Assembly: GCA_035691285.1 (NCBI GenBank)
Contig: DASSJI010000003.1
Location: 282 to 64,281, forward strand
Reading direction: 5' to 3'
Length of the DNA: 64,000 bases
Source of the DNA: Vicinamibacteria bacterium
GTDB taxonomy: Bacteria > Acidobacteriota > Vicinamibacteria > Fen-336
This document shows, piece after piece, positions 32,497 to 42,363 of this stretch. Positions within the stretch are counted from its first letter, which is position 1. Every line of letters begins with the position of its first letter. The position numbers and the translations under genes are program-made. Below the pieces are notes generated by a model that did not search any database, was not told the DNA's origin, and saw nothing but the letters and a program-made list of their open reading frames with translations.

Positions 32497-33677
32497 CGCC
32501 CCGGGGACCGTTCGGCCGGGCCATCGTCGTGGTCTGCGACGGGCTCGGTGTCGGGGCGGCGCCGGACGCGGCCGCCTTCGGAGACGAGGGCAGCGACACC
32601 CTGGGCCACGTCCTGGCCTCGCGCCGCGTCGCGATCCCGAACCTGACCGCGCTCGGCCTGGGCAACCTCACCCCGACCTTCGAAGGCGCGCGGTGGGCGC
32701 GAACGGACGGGGCGTACGGCAAGATGGCCGAGGGGAGCGCCGGGAAGGACACCGCCACCGGGCACTGGGAGATGATGGGCCTGCTCACGCCGAAGCCCTT
32801 CCGCACCTACCCCGCGGGCTTCCCGCCCGAGATCGTGAGGCCGTTCGAGGAGCGGATCGGCCGCCGGGTGCTGGGGAACAAGGCGGCATCGGGGACGGAG
32901 ATCCTCAAGGAGCTCGGCGAGGAGCATCTCCGCACGGGCTCGCCGATCCTGTACACCTCCGGCGACAGCGTGTTCCAGGTCGCGGCGCACGAGGAGCTGA
33001 TCCCGCCCGAGGAGCTCTACCGCATCTGCCGGATCGGCTACGAGATCGCGTGCGAAGGCCACGGAGTCTGTCGCGTGATCGCCCGGCCCTTCGTCGGCCG
33101 CACGGCGGCCGAGTTCAGGCGCACGCCCAACCGCCGCGACTTCCCGGTGCCGCCGGCCGGCGACACGCTGCTCGACCGCCTGGCGCGCGCCGGCTGGCAG
33201 GTGTTCGGCGTGGGGAAGATCGAGGACATCTTCACCGGCCGGGGGATCACCGGGGCCGTCCACACGAAGTCCGACGAGCACGGTGTCGACGAGACGCTGG
33301 CGGCCATGGACCGCATCGAGCGCGGGCTGATCTTCACGAACCTGGTCGACTTCGACACCCTCTACGGGCACAGGAACGACGTGCCCGGGTACGCGGCCAA
33401 CCTCGAGGCGCTCGACCGCCGCCTGCCGGAGGTCTTCGCCAGGATGCGGCCGGACGATGTGTTCGTCCTGACGGCCGACCACGGCTGCGACCCGGCGGAC
33501 GCCTCGACGGACCACACGCGCGAGAACGTGCCGCTCCTCGTCCGAGGCAGTCGGGTCAGGCCGGGAACCGACCTGGGCCTGCGCTCGACCTTCGCCGACC
33601 TCGGGGCGACGCTCGGGGAGAACTTCGGCCTGGAGGCGATGCCCGATGGCACGTCCTTCCTCCGCGACATCGCGTAA
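32493..33677 (+). CDS. deoB: Phosphopentomutase
   Basis: TTG at 32493 overlaps the miaA stop. VVVCDGLGVGAAPDAAAFGDEGSDTLGH, GKDTATGHWEMMG, ILYTSGDSVFQVAAHE, NLVDFDTLYGHRND and TADHGCDP. Confidence 0.85.
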   Translation: MTPRGPFGRAIVVVCDGLGVGAAPDAAAFGDEGSDTLGHVLASRRVAIPNLTALGLGNLTPTFEGARWARTDGAYGKMAEGSAGKDTATGHWEMMGLLTPKPFRTYPAGFPPEIVRPFEERIGRRVLGNKAASGTEILKELGEEHLRTGSPILYTSGDSVFQVAAHEELIPPEELYRICRIGYEIACEGHGVCRVIARPFVGRTAAEFRRTPNRRDFPVPPAGDTLLDRLARAGWQVFGVGKIEDIFTGRGITGAVHTKSDEHGVDETLAAMDRIERGLIFTNLVDFDTLYGHRNDVPGYAANLEALDRRLPEVFARMRPDDVFVLTADHGCDPADASTDHTRENVPLLVRGSRVRPGTDLGLRSTFADLGATLGENFGLEAMPDGTSFLRDIA

Positions 33678-33718
33678 ACCCTTGACGAATCAAGGGGAAT
33701 GAGTAAAATCAAGGGTTT
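33676..33718. promoter_or_regulatory. Three CCCTTGA/TCAAGGG half-sites (10-bp inverted repeat plus 9-bp direct repeat): candidate operator or alternative RNA hairpins
   Basis: AAACCCTTGA (33676-85) is the exact reverse complement of TCAAGGGTTT (33709-18). AATCAAGGG occurs at 33688-96 and again at 33707-15. CCCTTGA-cgaa-TCAAGGG forms a perfect 7-bp hairpin. Confidence 0.45.
33682..33709 (+). promoter_or_regulatory. Candidate sigma70-type promoter (TTGACG-16 nt-TAAAAT) upstream of yceD-rpmF-plsX-fab genes
   Basis: TTGACG at 33682-33687 and TAAAAT at 33704-33709 with a 16-nt spacer. This is a conspicuous AT-rich island in a GC-rich sequence. Confidence 0.45.
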
Positions 33719-34265
33719 GAGCGCCGACCCGATGCTCGTGATACACGTCGTCAAGATCCCCGAAGAGGGGCTGCCGGTCGACTGCGCCCTGGAAACGGGG
33801 GAGGTTCACCTCGAGGGCGAGGACAGCTTCCACCTCGAGGCGGGCGGCCGGGTGAAAGCGCTCGCCGAGAAGGGCGAGGACGACGCGGTCCACGTGCGGG
33901 GGCACCTCTCGGCCCGGCTCGGTGTGGACTGCTCGCGCTGCCTCGAGCGCTTCCTCTTCCCCGTGGAGCAGGCGCTCGATCTCTTCTACCTGCCGCGCCT
34001 GGCGCAACAGGAGGAAGAGGAGGACGTCGAGCTCCAGGATCGCGAGCTGGTGGTGGCCTACTACGCCGCCGGCCGCATCGACCTGGGCGAGGCGCTGCGG
34101 GAGCAGCTCTTCCTCGCCCTGCCGATGAAGCGGCTGTGCCGGGAAGACTGCCGGGGGCTCTGCCCGGTGTGCGGAGCCAACCGCAACCAGACGGGATGCG
34201 GATGCGCCCTTCCCGACGATCACGTCTCGCCCTTCGCCAGGCTCCTGGGGAAGGGAAACGCGTAA
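33699..34265 (+). CDS. yceD: YceD/DUF177 family protein
   Basis: 188 aa. CSRCLERF ... CREDCRGLCPVCGANRN cysteine pairs, and a position immediately upstream of rpmF. An alternative start at ATG 33732 applies if the promoter at 33682-33709 is real. Confidence 0.75.
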   Translation: MSKIKGLSADPMLVIHVVKIPEEGLPVDCALETGEVHLEGEDSFHLEAGGRVKALAEKGEDDAVHVRGHLSARLGVDCSRCLERFLFPVEQALDLFYLPRLAQQEEEEDVELQDRELVVAYYAAGRIDLGEALREQLFLALPMKRLCREDCRGLCPVCGANRNQTGCGCALPDDHVSPFARLLGKGNA

Positions 34266-34283
34266 GGAGAACCCAGGAGGACC

Positions 34284-34466
34284 ATGCCGAATCCCAAGAG
34301 GCGCCATTCCAAGGCCCGCCGCGACAGCCGGCGGGCGCACGACCACCTGAAGAGCCCCGGCCTCAGCCTCTGCCCGAACTGCCACGAGCCGAAGCTGCCG
34401 CACCGGGTGTGCCCGCACTGCGGGTACTACAAGGGCAGGCCGGCGATCGGCGTCGAGGAAGCCTGA
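34284..34466 (+). CDS. rpmF: 50S ribosomal protein L32
   Basis: 60 aa. [19 protein letters not shown] and [34 protein letters not shown] lies upstream. Confidence 0.9.
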   Translation: MPNPKRRHSKARRDSRRAHDHLKSPGLSLCPNCHEPKLPHRVCPHCGYYKGRPAIGVEEA

Positions 34467-34489
34467 GTCCGGAAGCCCTGGCGACCCGC

Positions 34490-35506
34490 GTGGCCGTGGA
34501 CGCCCTCGGCGGCGACTACGGGCCGCGCGTCGTCGTGGAGGGCTGCGTCCAGGCCGTCCGCGAGCAGGGAGTCCGCGCCCTCCTGGTCGGGCCGCAGGCC
34601 ATCGTCCGCGAGGAGCTGCGGCGCGCGGGGGGCGAGGGCCCGGGGGTCGAGGTGATCGACGCGCCCGACGCGGTCGGGATGGCCGAGCCGGTCACGCGGG
34701 CCACGCTCAAGAAGCGCTCCTCGATCCAGGTCGCGATCGAGCTGCTGCGCGACGGCAAGGCCGACGCGTTCTTCTCGGCCGGGAACACCGCGGCGTGCTG
34801 GACGATCGCCAAGCTGGTGCTCGGGACCCTCGAGGAGGTGGACCGGCCCGCCCTGGCCGCCATCGTGCCCAACGTGTCCGGGTTCACCGTGCTCCTCGAC
34901 GTGGGGGCCAACGCCAGCTGCAAGGCGCGCCACCTCGAGGAGTTCGCGATCATGGGGAAGATCTACACGCGGGCGGTGCTCCACACGCCCAACCCGCGGG
35001 TGGGTCTCATGAGCATGGGGGAGGAGGCGACGAAGGGCAACGAGCTGGTCAAGGAGGTCCACGAGGTCCTCAAGGGCTCGAGCCTGAACTTCATCGGGAA
35101 CGTCGAGGGCCACGAGGTCTTCAACGGCAAGGTGGACGTGATCGTGATGGACGGCTTCACCGGGAACGTGGTGCTGAAGGCGAGCGAAAGCCTCGCCGAG
35201 TCGATGTTCCACCTGATCAAGGAAGAGATCACGCGGACGCCGCTCCGCAAGCTCGGGGCGTGGCTGGCGCGGGGCGCGTTCCGGGCCGTGCAGCACAAGA
35301 CCGATCCGTCCGAGTACGGCGGTGCTCCGCTGCTCGGAGTGCGGGGCTGCTGCGTCATCGGCCACGGCCGCTCCGACGCCACGGCCATCCGGCAGGGCAT
35401 TCGCGCCGCCGCCGAGTTCTTCACGAGCGGGGTCAACGCGAAGATCGAGGCCGAGGTCAAGGCGCTCGCCCTGCGCGAGCCGGCGCCGGCGGTGGAGAAG
35501 GCTTGA
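34490..35506 (+). CDS. plsX: Phosphate acyltransferase PlsX
   Basis: GTG at 34490. VAVDALGGDYGP, SAGNTAA, MDGFTGNVVLK and GAPLLGVRGCCVIGHGRSD. Confidence 0.85.
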   Translation: MAVDALGGDYGPRVVVEGCVQAVREQGVRALLVGPQAIVREELRRAGGEGPGVEVIDAPDAVGMAEPVTRATLKKRSSIQVAIELLRDGKADAFFSAGNTAACWTIAKLVLGTLEEVDRPALAAIVPNVSGFTVLLDVGANASCKARHLEEFAIMGKIYTRAVLHTPNPRVGLMSMGEEATKGNELVKEVHEVLKGSSLNFIGNVEGHEVFNGKVDVIVMDGFTGNVVLKASESLAESMFHLIKEEITRTPLRKLGAWLARGAFRAVQHKTDPSEYGGAPLLGVRGCCVIGHGRSDATAIRQGIRAAAEFFTSGVNAKIEAEVKALALREPAPAVEKA

Positions 35507-36450
35507 AGACGGCTCTCGTGTTCCCCGGCCAGGGCTCGCAGAAGGTCGGCATGGGGCGGGCCCTGCACGACGCCTTCCCGGAGAGCCGGGCCGTCTTCGA
35601 CGGCGCCGACGGCGCCCTGGGCTTCTCCATCTCGCGGCTCTGCTTCGAAGGGCCGGCCGAGGATCTGCAGCTCACCGCGAACACGCAGCCCGCGATCCTG
35701 ACGGCGAGCGTCGCCGCCTTCCAGGCGCTGCGGGCCCGCGGCCTGCAGGCCGACGGCGTGGCGGGTCACAGCCTCGGCGAGTACTCGGCCCTCGTCGCGG
35801 CCGGGACTCTGTCCCTTGGGGACGCGGTCCGGGCCGTGCGCAAGCGCGGGCAGTACATGCAGGAGGCGGTGCCGCTGGGCGAGGGCGCCATGGCGGCGAT
35901 CCTCGGCCTGGACCTCGACGCGACGCGCGCGGCCTGCGACGAAGCGGCGCAGGGCCAGGTCGTGGCGCCCGCCAACATCAACTCGCCGGGCCAGATCGTC
36001 ATCGCGGGGCACGCGGCTGCGGTCGAACGGGCCTCGGAGGCCTGCCGAAGGCGGGGCGCGAAGCGCGCGGTCCCCCTGCCGGTGTCGGCTCCCTTTCATT
36101 GCGCTCTCATGGAGCCGGCCCGGGTGCGCCTCGAGCCGGACCTCCGGGAGATCGACTTCGCCGATCCGGCCGTGCCGCTGTACAACAACGTGGACGCGGC
36201 GCCCGTCCGGAGCGCGGACGCCTGCCGCGACGGCCTGCTCCGCCAGGTCTCGGGCGCGGTGCGGTGGCAGGAGCTCGTCGAGCGCATGGCGCGCGACGGC
36301 TTCGACACCTTCGTCGAGGTGGGGCCGGGCAACGTGCTCTCCGGGCTCGTGAGGAAGATCGCGAAGGGAGTGCGCGTGCTCAGCGTCGAAGACCCGGAGT
36401 CGCTCGAGCGAGCGGCGACCGCCCTGGGCGCCGCGCGGACGGAGGCGTGA
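35503..36450 (+). CDS. fabD: Malonyl CoA-ACP transacylase
   Basis: TTG at 35503 overlaps the plsX stop. [36 protein letters not shown] and PVSAPFHC. Confidence 0.9.
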   Translation: MKTALVFPGQGSQKVGMGRALHDAFPESRAVFDGADGALGFSISRLCFEGPAEDLQLTANTQPAILTASVAAFQALRARGLQADGVAGHSLGEYSALVAAGTLSLGDAVRAVRKRGQYMQEAVPLGEGAMAAILGLDLDATRAACDEAAQGQVVAPANINSPGQIVIAGHAAAVERASEACRRRGAKRAVPLPVSAPFHCALMEPARVRLEPDLREIDFADPAVPLYNNVDAAPVRSADACRDGLLRQVSGAVRWQELVERMARDGFDTFVEVGPGNVLSGLVRKIAKGVRVLSVEDPESLERAATALGAARTEA

Positions 36451-37193
36451 TGGGCTCGCTCACCGGCAGGGTGTCCGTGGTGACGGGAGCCTCGAGGGGG
36501 ATCGGGCGGGCCCTGGCGAAGGCGCTGGCCGCCGAGGGCTCCACCGTGCTGCTCGGCGCGCGGGACGAGGCCCGGTTGAAGGATGCCGTGGACGAGATCG
36601 GGGCGGCCGGCGGCACGGCAGCCGCGCTCGCCCTCGACATCGCGTCTCGCAGCTCCGTTGCCGCGGCCTTCGAGAAGGTGCTCGCCGAGCACGGGCGCAT
36701 CGACCACCTCGTCAACAATGCCGGCATCACGCGCGACGGCCTCCTGCTGCGGATGAAGCCGGAGCAGTGGGACGAGGTGGTCGCCACGAACCTCACGGGG
36801 GCGTTCCACTGCACGCAGGCGGCCCTCAAGCCGATGCTCAAGGCGCGTTACGGCCGGATCGTGAACATCACGTCGGTGGTGGGGCTCATGGGGAACGCCG
36901 GGCAGGCCAACTACGCCGCCAGCAAGGCCGGCGTGATCGGCTTCACCAAGGCGGTCGCCCGCGAGGTCGCGACCCGCGGCATCACGGTGAACGCCGTCGC
37001 GCCGGGGTTCATCGAGACCGACATGACCGCGGCCATGACGGACAAGGCCCGGGAAGCGGTGGCATCGAGCATTCCGATGGAGAGGATCGGAAGGCCCGAG
37101 GACGTCGCCGGGGCCGTCGTGTTCCTGGTCTCCGACGCCGCGGGCTACGTCACCGGCCAGGTGCTCGCGGTGGACGGCGGCTTCCACATGTAG
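36450..37193 (+). CDS. fabG: 3-oxoacyl-ACP reductase
   Basis: ATG at 36450. [31 protein letters not shown] and [12 protein letters not shown]. Confidence 0.9.
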   Translation: MGSLTGRVSVVTGASRGIGRALAKALAAEGSTVLLGARDEARLKDAVDEIGAAGGTAAALALDIASRSSVAAAFEKVLAEHGRIDHLVNNAGITRDGLLLRMKPEQWDEVVATNLTGAFHCTQAALKPMLKARYGRIVNITSVVGLMGNAGQANYAASKAGVIGFTKAVAREVATRGITVNAVAPGFIETDMTAAMTDKAREAVASSIPMERIGRPEDVAGAVVFLVSDAAGYVTGQVLAVDGGFHM

Positions 37194-37196
37194 AAT
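37191..37196 (+). promoter_or_regulatory. -10-like TAGAAT at the fabG stop, upstream of acpP
   Basis: TAGAAT at 37191-37196; its TAG is the fabG stop. Two perfect hairpins follow: GTTGG-N6-CCAAC (37205-20) and GGGGAGT-N5-ACTCCCC (37226-44). GGAGGA and ATG 37256 come next. Confidence 0.3.
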
Positions 37197-37255
37197 TGCC
37201 GGACGTTGGGACGAACCAACCTGAGGGGGAGTGGACGACTCCCCGGAGGAGCCTG

Positions 37256-37498
37256 ATGGAGCCTGTTGCGGATCGCGTCAAGAAGATCATCGTGGACCAG
37301 CTCGGCGTGGAGGAGGAGCTCGTCACCCCCGAGGCGTCCTTCGTGGACGACCTGGGCGCGGACAGCCTGGACACGGTGGAGCTCGTGATGGCCCTCGAGG
37401 AGGAGTTCGGGATCGAGATCCCCGACGAGGACGCCGAGAAGATCACGAAGGTCAAGGAAGCCGTCGACTATATCGAGAAGCACGGGCCGAAGAAGTAA
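37256..37498 (+). CDS. acpP: Acyl carrier protein
   Basis: 80 aa. [28 protein letters not shown] contains the phosphopantetheine-attachment DSLD motif. Confidence 0.9.
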   Translation: MEPVADRVKKIIVDQLGVEEELVTPEASFVDDLGADSLDTVELVMALEEEFGIEIPDEDAEKITKVKEAVDYIEKHGPKK

Positions 37499-37499
37499 C

Positions 37500-38747
37500 T
37501 TGTCGGAAGAGCGCAGGGTCGTCGTGACCGGGCTGGGGATGGTGTCCCCGCTCGGCAACGACGTCGAGACCACGTGGCAGGGACTCCTGGCCGGCCGCTC
37601 CGGCGTGGGGGCCATCACGCTCTTCGACGCGTCCCAGCACGCGGCGCGCATCGCCGCCGAGGTGAAGGGGTTCGATCCCCTCGCCTGGCTCGAGAGGAAG
37701 GACGTCAAGAAGGCGGACCGCTTCATCCAGTTCGCGGTGGCCGCCTCCGACATGGCCGTGAAGGACGCCGGCCTCGCCATCGATGCGGGGAACGCCGAGG
37801 CGGTGGGCGTCTACATCGGCAGCGGCATCGGCGGCTTCGGGACGATCGAGCGGGAGCACGAGGCTCTGCTCAAGGGCGGGCCGCGCAAGATCAGCCCGTT
37901 CTTCATTCCCGCGGCGATCGCGAACCTGGCCTCGGGCTGGGTCTCGATCCGCACGGGCGCCAAGGGGCCCAACTCCTGCACGGCCACGGCGTGCACCACG
38001 AGCGCCCACTCGATCGGGGACTCGTTCCGGCTGATCCAGCGCGGCGACGCCGACGCGATGATCGCCGGGGGCAGCGAGGCGGCCATCACTCCGCTCGGCG
38101 TCGGAGGTTTCGCGGCCATGCGCGCCCTCTCCACGCGCAACGACGAGCCCGCGAGGGCCTCGCGGCCCTTCGACAGGGACCGCGACGGCTTCGTGATCGG
38201 CGAGGGAGCGGGCATCGTGGTGCTCGAGGAGCTGGAGCGGGCGAAGGGCCGCGGAGCGAGGATCTACTGCGAGCTCCTGGGCTACGGGATGTCCGGCGAC
38301 GCCTACCACATCACGGCGCCCTGCGAGGACGGCGACGGCGCGATCCGCGTGATGCGTCGCACGCTCAAGGACGCGGGGCTCGAGCCGTCTGCGGTCGACT
38401 ACATCAACTGCCACGGCACCTCGACGCCCGTCGGCGACCCGCAGGAGGTCAAGGCCATCAAGGCCGTCTTCGGCGACCACGCGCGCAAGCTCGCCATCAG
38501 CTCGACGAAGTCGATGACCGGTCACCTGCTCGGCGCCGCGGGCGGCCTCGAGGCCGTCGTGGCGGTGCTCTCGCTCCGCGACCAGGTCCTTCCGCCCACG
38601 ATCAACCAGGACAACCCGGACCCGGCATGCGACCTGGACACGGTGCCGAACCGGTCTCGCAAGGCGACGCTGCGTCACGTGCTCAGCAACTCTTTCGGCT
38701 TCGGCGGCACGAACGGCGCGCTGCTGTTCGCCCGTTACGACGGCTGA
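37500..38747 (+). CDS. fabF: 3-oxoacyl-ACP synthase II
   Basis: 415 aa. VVVTGLGMVSPLG, ATACTTSAHSIG (active-site Cys), NCHGTSTP and NSFGFGGTNG. Confidence 0.9.
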   Translation: MSEERRVVVTGLGMVSPLGNDVETTWQGLLAGRSGVGAITLFDASQHAARIAAEVKGFDPLAWLERKDVKKADRFIQFAVAASDMAVKDAGLAIDAGNAEAVGVYIGSGIGGFGTIEREHEALLKGGPRKISPFFIPAAIANLASGWVSIRTGAKGPNSCTATACTTSAHSIGDSFRLIQRGDADAMIAGGSEAAITPLGVGGFAAMRALSTRNDEPARASRPFDRDRDGFVIGEGAGIVVLEELERAKGRGARIYCELLGYGMSGDAYHITAPCEDGDGAIRVMRRTLKDAGLEPSAVDYINCHGTSTPVGDPQEVKAIKAVFGDHARKLAISSTKSMTGHLLGAAGGLEAVVAVLSLRDQVLPPTINQDNPDPACDLDTVPNRSRKATLRHVLSNSFGFGGTNGALLFARYDG

Positions 38748-38753
38748 CGCGAC

Positions 38754-38855
38754 GACGGCCAGGACGACCTCAGAAAATGGAGTTGAACGGAGGGGCCACA
38801 GAGACGATCGGGGCATCGATCCTGTGTGTTCTCCCTGTTTCCGGACCAGTGTAGG
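38754..38855. repeat. Palindromic intergenic element, copy C (shorter, diverged)
   Basis: It shares the 17-nt left end CGACGGCCAGGACGACC and the right end TTTCCGGACC with copy B. Internal CACAGAG and CTGTGTG motifs are present. It fills the fabF-etfB gap. Confidence 0.6.
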
Positions 38856-38861
38856 AGTTCG

Positions 38862-39641
38862 ATGAAGATCATCGTTTGCGTGAAGCAGGTTCCCGACACC
38901 GAGACGCGAGTGAAGATCGCCGCGTCGGGCGCGGGCATCGAGGAGGAGGGGATCAACTGGGTCGTCTCCCCGTACGACGAGTTCGCCGTGGAGGAGGCGC
39001 TCCGGATCAAGGAGAAGTCCGGGGGCGAGGTCGTGCTCGTCTCCCTCGGCCCGGACCGCGTGCAGGCCGCCCTCCGCAACGGCCTCGCCATGGGCGCGGA
39101 CGCGGGCGTCCACCTCAAGGATCCGCTCTTCGACGCCGCGGACACGCTCGGCACGGCCAGGGCCCTGGCCGCGGCGATCGAGGGCATCGGCGGCTTCGAC
39201 CTGGTCCTGACCGGTCAGCAGGGCGTCGGCGGGGACCACGGCCAGATTCCCGGCCTCCTCGCGGAGCTCCTCGACCTGCCCCAGGTCACGATGGCGGTGA
39301 AGGTCGAGATCCAGGGTGCCAAGGCCATCGTCGAGCGGGAGATCGAGGGCGCCCGGGAGATCTGGGAGACGAGCCTGCCGGCCGTGCTCTCGGCGCAGAA
39401 GGGCCTGAACGAGCCCCGCTACGCGAACCTCAAGGGCATCATGGCCGCGAAGAAGAAGCCGATCGACGTGAAGGACGCGGCCGGGCTGGGCCTCGACGTG
39501 GCCGCCCTGGCGCCTCGCACGAAGGTGGTGGCCATGGAGCTGCCGCCCGCGCGGCCCCCGGTGAAGATGGTCCAGGGGGACCCGGAGGCGCAGGCCAAGG
39601 AGCTGCTGCGCCTCCTCCACGAAGAAGCGAAGGTGATCTGA
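38862..39641 (+). CDS. etfB: Electron transfer flavoprotein subunit beta
   Basis: ATG at 38862. MKIIVCVKQVPDTETRVKI, NPYDEFAVEEALR and GQQGVGGDHGQ. Confidence 0.9.
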   Translation: MKIIVCVKQVPDTETRVKIAASGAGIEEEGINWVVSPYDEFAVEEALRIKEKSGGEVVLVSLGPDRVQAALRNGLAMGADAGVHLKDPLFDAADTLGTARALAAAIEGIGGFDLVLTGQQGVGGDHGQIPGLLAELLDLPQVTMAVKVEIQGAKAIVEREIEGAREIWETSLPAVLSAQKGLNEPRYANLKGIMAAKKKPIDVKDAAGLGLDVAALAPRTKVVAMELPPARPPVKMVQGDPEAQAKELLRLLHEEAKVI

Positions 39642-39642
39642 C

Positions 39643-40623
39643 ATGGCGGGTCCGATTCTGACGTTCGCGGAGGTCCGGGACGGCAAGCTGCGCCGCTCGT
39701 CGCTCGAGGCGCTCTCCGTGGCCCGGAGCCTGGCGGCGAGTGGAGGCGCAGTCGCCACGGTGGTGGTCGGCAGCGGCCTGTCCGAGCACGTCGCCGAGCT
39801 GGGACGCAACGGTGCCGACACGGTCCACGTCTTCGACGCCCCGGAGCTCGCGGCGTACGCCACCGAACCCTATGCGCGGGCCATGGCCAAGGTGATCGAG
39901 GCCACGAAGCCGTGGGCGGTGCTCCTCCCGTTCACCGCCCTGGGCAAGGACCTGGCGCCCCGTGTCGCGGCCCGGGTGGGGGCGGGCCTCGTCTCCGACT
40001 GCGTCGCGCTCGGCGTCAGGGAGGGCCGCCTCGAGGCGCGGCGTCCGATGTACGCGGGCAAGGCCTACGCCACGGTGCGCTGGGAGGGCGAGCCCCAGAT
40101 GGCGACGCTGCGCGCGAACGTGTTCCCCCTCGCGCCTCCCGATGCCTCCCGCAAGGCGGCCGTGGTGAAGGAGGAGGTGGACGTCGCGGCCCGCGCGAGG
40201 GTGACGGGCGTGCAGGCCGCCGCCGAGGGCAAGCTGGAGCTGAGCGAGGCCCAGGTCATCGTCTCGGGCGGCCGCGGCCTCCAGGGGCCGGAGAACTTCC
40301 ATCTGGTTTCCGCGCTGGGCGAGGCGTTCGGGGCGGCCGTGGGCGCGTCGCGGGCGGTGGTCGACGCCGGGTGGGTCGACCATCAGATGCAGGTCGGGCA
40401 GACGGGGAAGACCGTGTCGCCGCAGCTCTACATCGCGTGCGGGATCTCGGGAGCGATCCAGCACCTGGCCGGAATGTCATCGTCCAAGGTGATCGTGGCG
40501 ATCAACAAGGACGCCGACGCGCCGATCTTCAAGGTCGCGAACTACGGCATCCTCGGCGACGTCTTCCAGGTGCTGCCCAAGCTGACCGAGGCGGCCAGGG
40601 AGTACTTCGCGTCGAAGCGCTGA
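39643..40623 (+). CDS. etfA: Electron transfer flavoprotein subunit alpha
   Basis: 326 aa. [45 protein letters not shown] and [13 protein letters not shown]. Confidence 0.9.
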   Translation: MAGPILTFAEVRDGKLRRSSLEALSVARSLAASGGAVATVVVGSGLSEHVAELGRNGADTVHVFDAPELAAYATEPYARAMAKVIEATKPWAVLLPFTALGKDLAPRVAARVGAGLVSDCVALGVREGRLEARRPMYAGKAYATVRWEGEPQMATLRANVFPLAPPDASRKAAVVKEEVDVAARARVTGVQAAAEGKLELSEAQVIVSGGRGLQGPENFHLVSALGEAFGAAVGASRAVVDAGWVDHQMQVGQTGKTVSPQLYIACGISGAIQHLAGMSSSKVIVAINKDADAPIFKVANYGILGDVFQVLPKLTEAAREYFASKR

Positions 40624-40644
40624 GGGCCGCGGGGACACGAGCCC

Positions 40645-42327
40645 ATGGGGGACAGGGAAGCACTCGAGACCGACGTCCTGATCGTAGGCGGCGGGCCGGC
40701 CGGGCTCGCGGCCGCGATCCGATTCAAGGACCTCCTCGACGCGCGCAACAAGGCGTCGCCGACGAAGCTCGAGGCCTCGGTGATGGTGATCGAGAAGGGC
40801 CCGGAAGCCGGGGCGCACAGCCTCTCGGGCGCCGTGCTCGATCCGATCGCGCTCAAGGAGCTGATCCCCGACTTCGCCGCGAAGGGCGCTCCGGTCACGA
40901 CCGAGGTGACCGAGGACCACGTCTACTTGCTCACGGCCCGCGGCAAGCTCAGGCTGCCCATCGTCCCGCCGCCTCTCCAGAACCACGGCAACTACGTCAT
41001 CAGCCTCAACCAGCTCGTGAAGTGGCTGGCCCAGCAAGCCGAGGCGCGCGGCGTCGATGTCCTCGCCGGCTTCCCCGGCGCGGAGGTCCTCTACGAAGGC
41101 GACCGCGTCGTCGGCGTGCGCACCGGCGACAAGGGCATCGACAAGCACGGCCAGAAGAAGGGCAACTACGAGCCGGGCGTCGACCTGCGCGCGAAGGTCA
41201 CGATCCTCGCCGAAGGGGCGCGGGGCAGCCTGACGAAGCAGCTCGTCCCGCGCCTGAAGCTCGACGCGGGCCGCTTCCCGCAGGTCTACACGATCGGCCT
41301 CAAGGAGCTCTGGGAAGTGCCCAGGGGCCGGCTCGGGAAGGGCGCGGTCATCCACACGATGGGCTTCCCGCTGGACAGCCGCACGTTCGGGGGCGGGTTC
41401 ATCTACGGACTGACCGAGGAGCGGATCTCCGTCGGGCTCGTGGTCGGACTCGACTACCGCGACCCCTTCCTCGACCCCCATGGCCTCTTCCAGCGAATGA
41501 AGGAGCATCCGCTCGTCCGGCCGCTCCTCGACGGCGGCAAGATGCTGCGCTACGGGGCGCGCGCCATCACGGAGGGCGGCTACTACTCGATTCCGAGGAC
41601 CTACGCCGACGGCGTGCTCCTGGCGGGCGAGGCGGCGGGCTTCCTGAACGCCATGCGCCTGAAGGGCATCCATCTCGCCCTCAAGACCGGGATGCTGGCG
41701 GCCGAGACGGCGCTCGAGGCCCTCGTTGCCGGCGACACCTCGGCCGCGACGCTCAAGACCTTCGAGGACAAGGTGAGCGCGTCCTACGTGCGGGCCGAGC
41801 TCTGGAAGGTGCGCAACTTCCACCAGGGCTTCAAGCACGGGCTGTGGGCCGGCCTGCTTCACAGCGGGCTCCAGATGTTCACGGGTGGACGCGGCCTCGT
41901 CGATCCCCTGTCGCCTTCGAAGGGCTACGCGGAGATCCACAAGCTCGCGGACTTCTACGGGAGCGGAACCCGGCGGGAGAGCTTCGAGCGGAGGAAGATG
42001 GACGGACGGCTCACCTTCGACCGCCTCACCGACGTCTACCACTCGGGGACGAAGCACGACGAGGACCAGCCCGCGCACCTGCACGTGGCCGACACGAGCA
42101 TCTGCGAGACGAGGTGCCGCGAGGAATACGGCAATCCCTGCGAGAAGTTCTGCCCCGCAGCCGTCTACGAGATGGTGCCCAGGGCCGACGACCCGAAGGC
42201 CCTCCGCCTCCAGATCAACTTCTCCAACTGCGTCCACTGCAAGACCTGCGACGTGATGGACCCGTACCAGGTCATCACCTGGGTGACGCCCGAAGGCGGA
42301 GGCGGACCGCGCTACGAAGACCTGTAA
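40645..42327 (+). CDS. Electron-transferring-flavoprotein dehydrogenase (ETF:quinone oxidoreductase)
   Basis: 560 aa. VLIVGGGPAGLAAA FAD motif, EGARGSLTK, and a C-terminal 4Fe-4S region CPAAVYE...NCVHCKTCD. Confidence 0.9.
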   Translation: MGDREALETDVLIVGGGPAGLAAAIRFKDLLDARNKASPTKLEASVMVIEKGPEAGAHSLSGAVLDPIALKELIPDFAAKGAPVTTEVTEDHVYLLTARGKLRLPIVPPPLQNHGNYVISLNQLVKWLAQQAEARGVDVLAGFPGAEVLYEGDRVVGVRTGDKGIDKHGQKKGNYEPGVDLRAKVTILAEGARGSLTKQLVPRLKLDAGRFPQVYTIGLKELWEVPRGRLGKGAVIHTMGFPLDSRTFGGGFIYGLTEERISVGLVVGLDYRDPFLDPHGLFQRMKEHPLVRPLLDGGKMLRYGARAITEGGYYSIPRTYADGVLLAGEAAGFLNAMRLKGIHLALKTGMLAAETALEALVAGDTSAATLKTFEDKVSASYVRAELWKVRNFHQGFKHGLWAGLLHSGLQMFTGGRGLVDPLSPSKGYAEIHKLADFYGSGTRRESFERRKMDGRLTFDRLTDVYHSGTKHDEDQPAHLHVADTSICETRCREEYGNPCEKFCPAAVYEMVPRADDPKALRLQINFSNCVHCKTCDVMDPYQVITWVTPEGGGGPRYEDL

Positions 42328-42363
42328 GGCCGCCGGCGAGGTTCGCGAGCATATGATGGTGCC

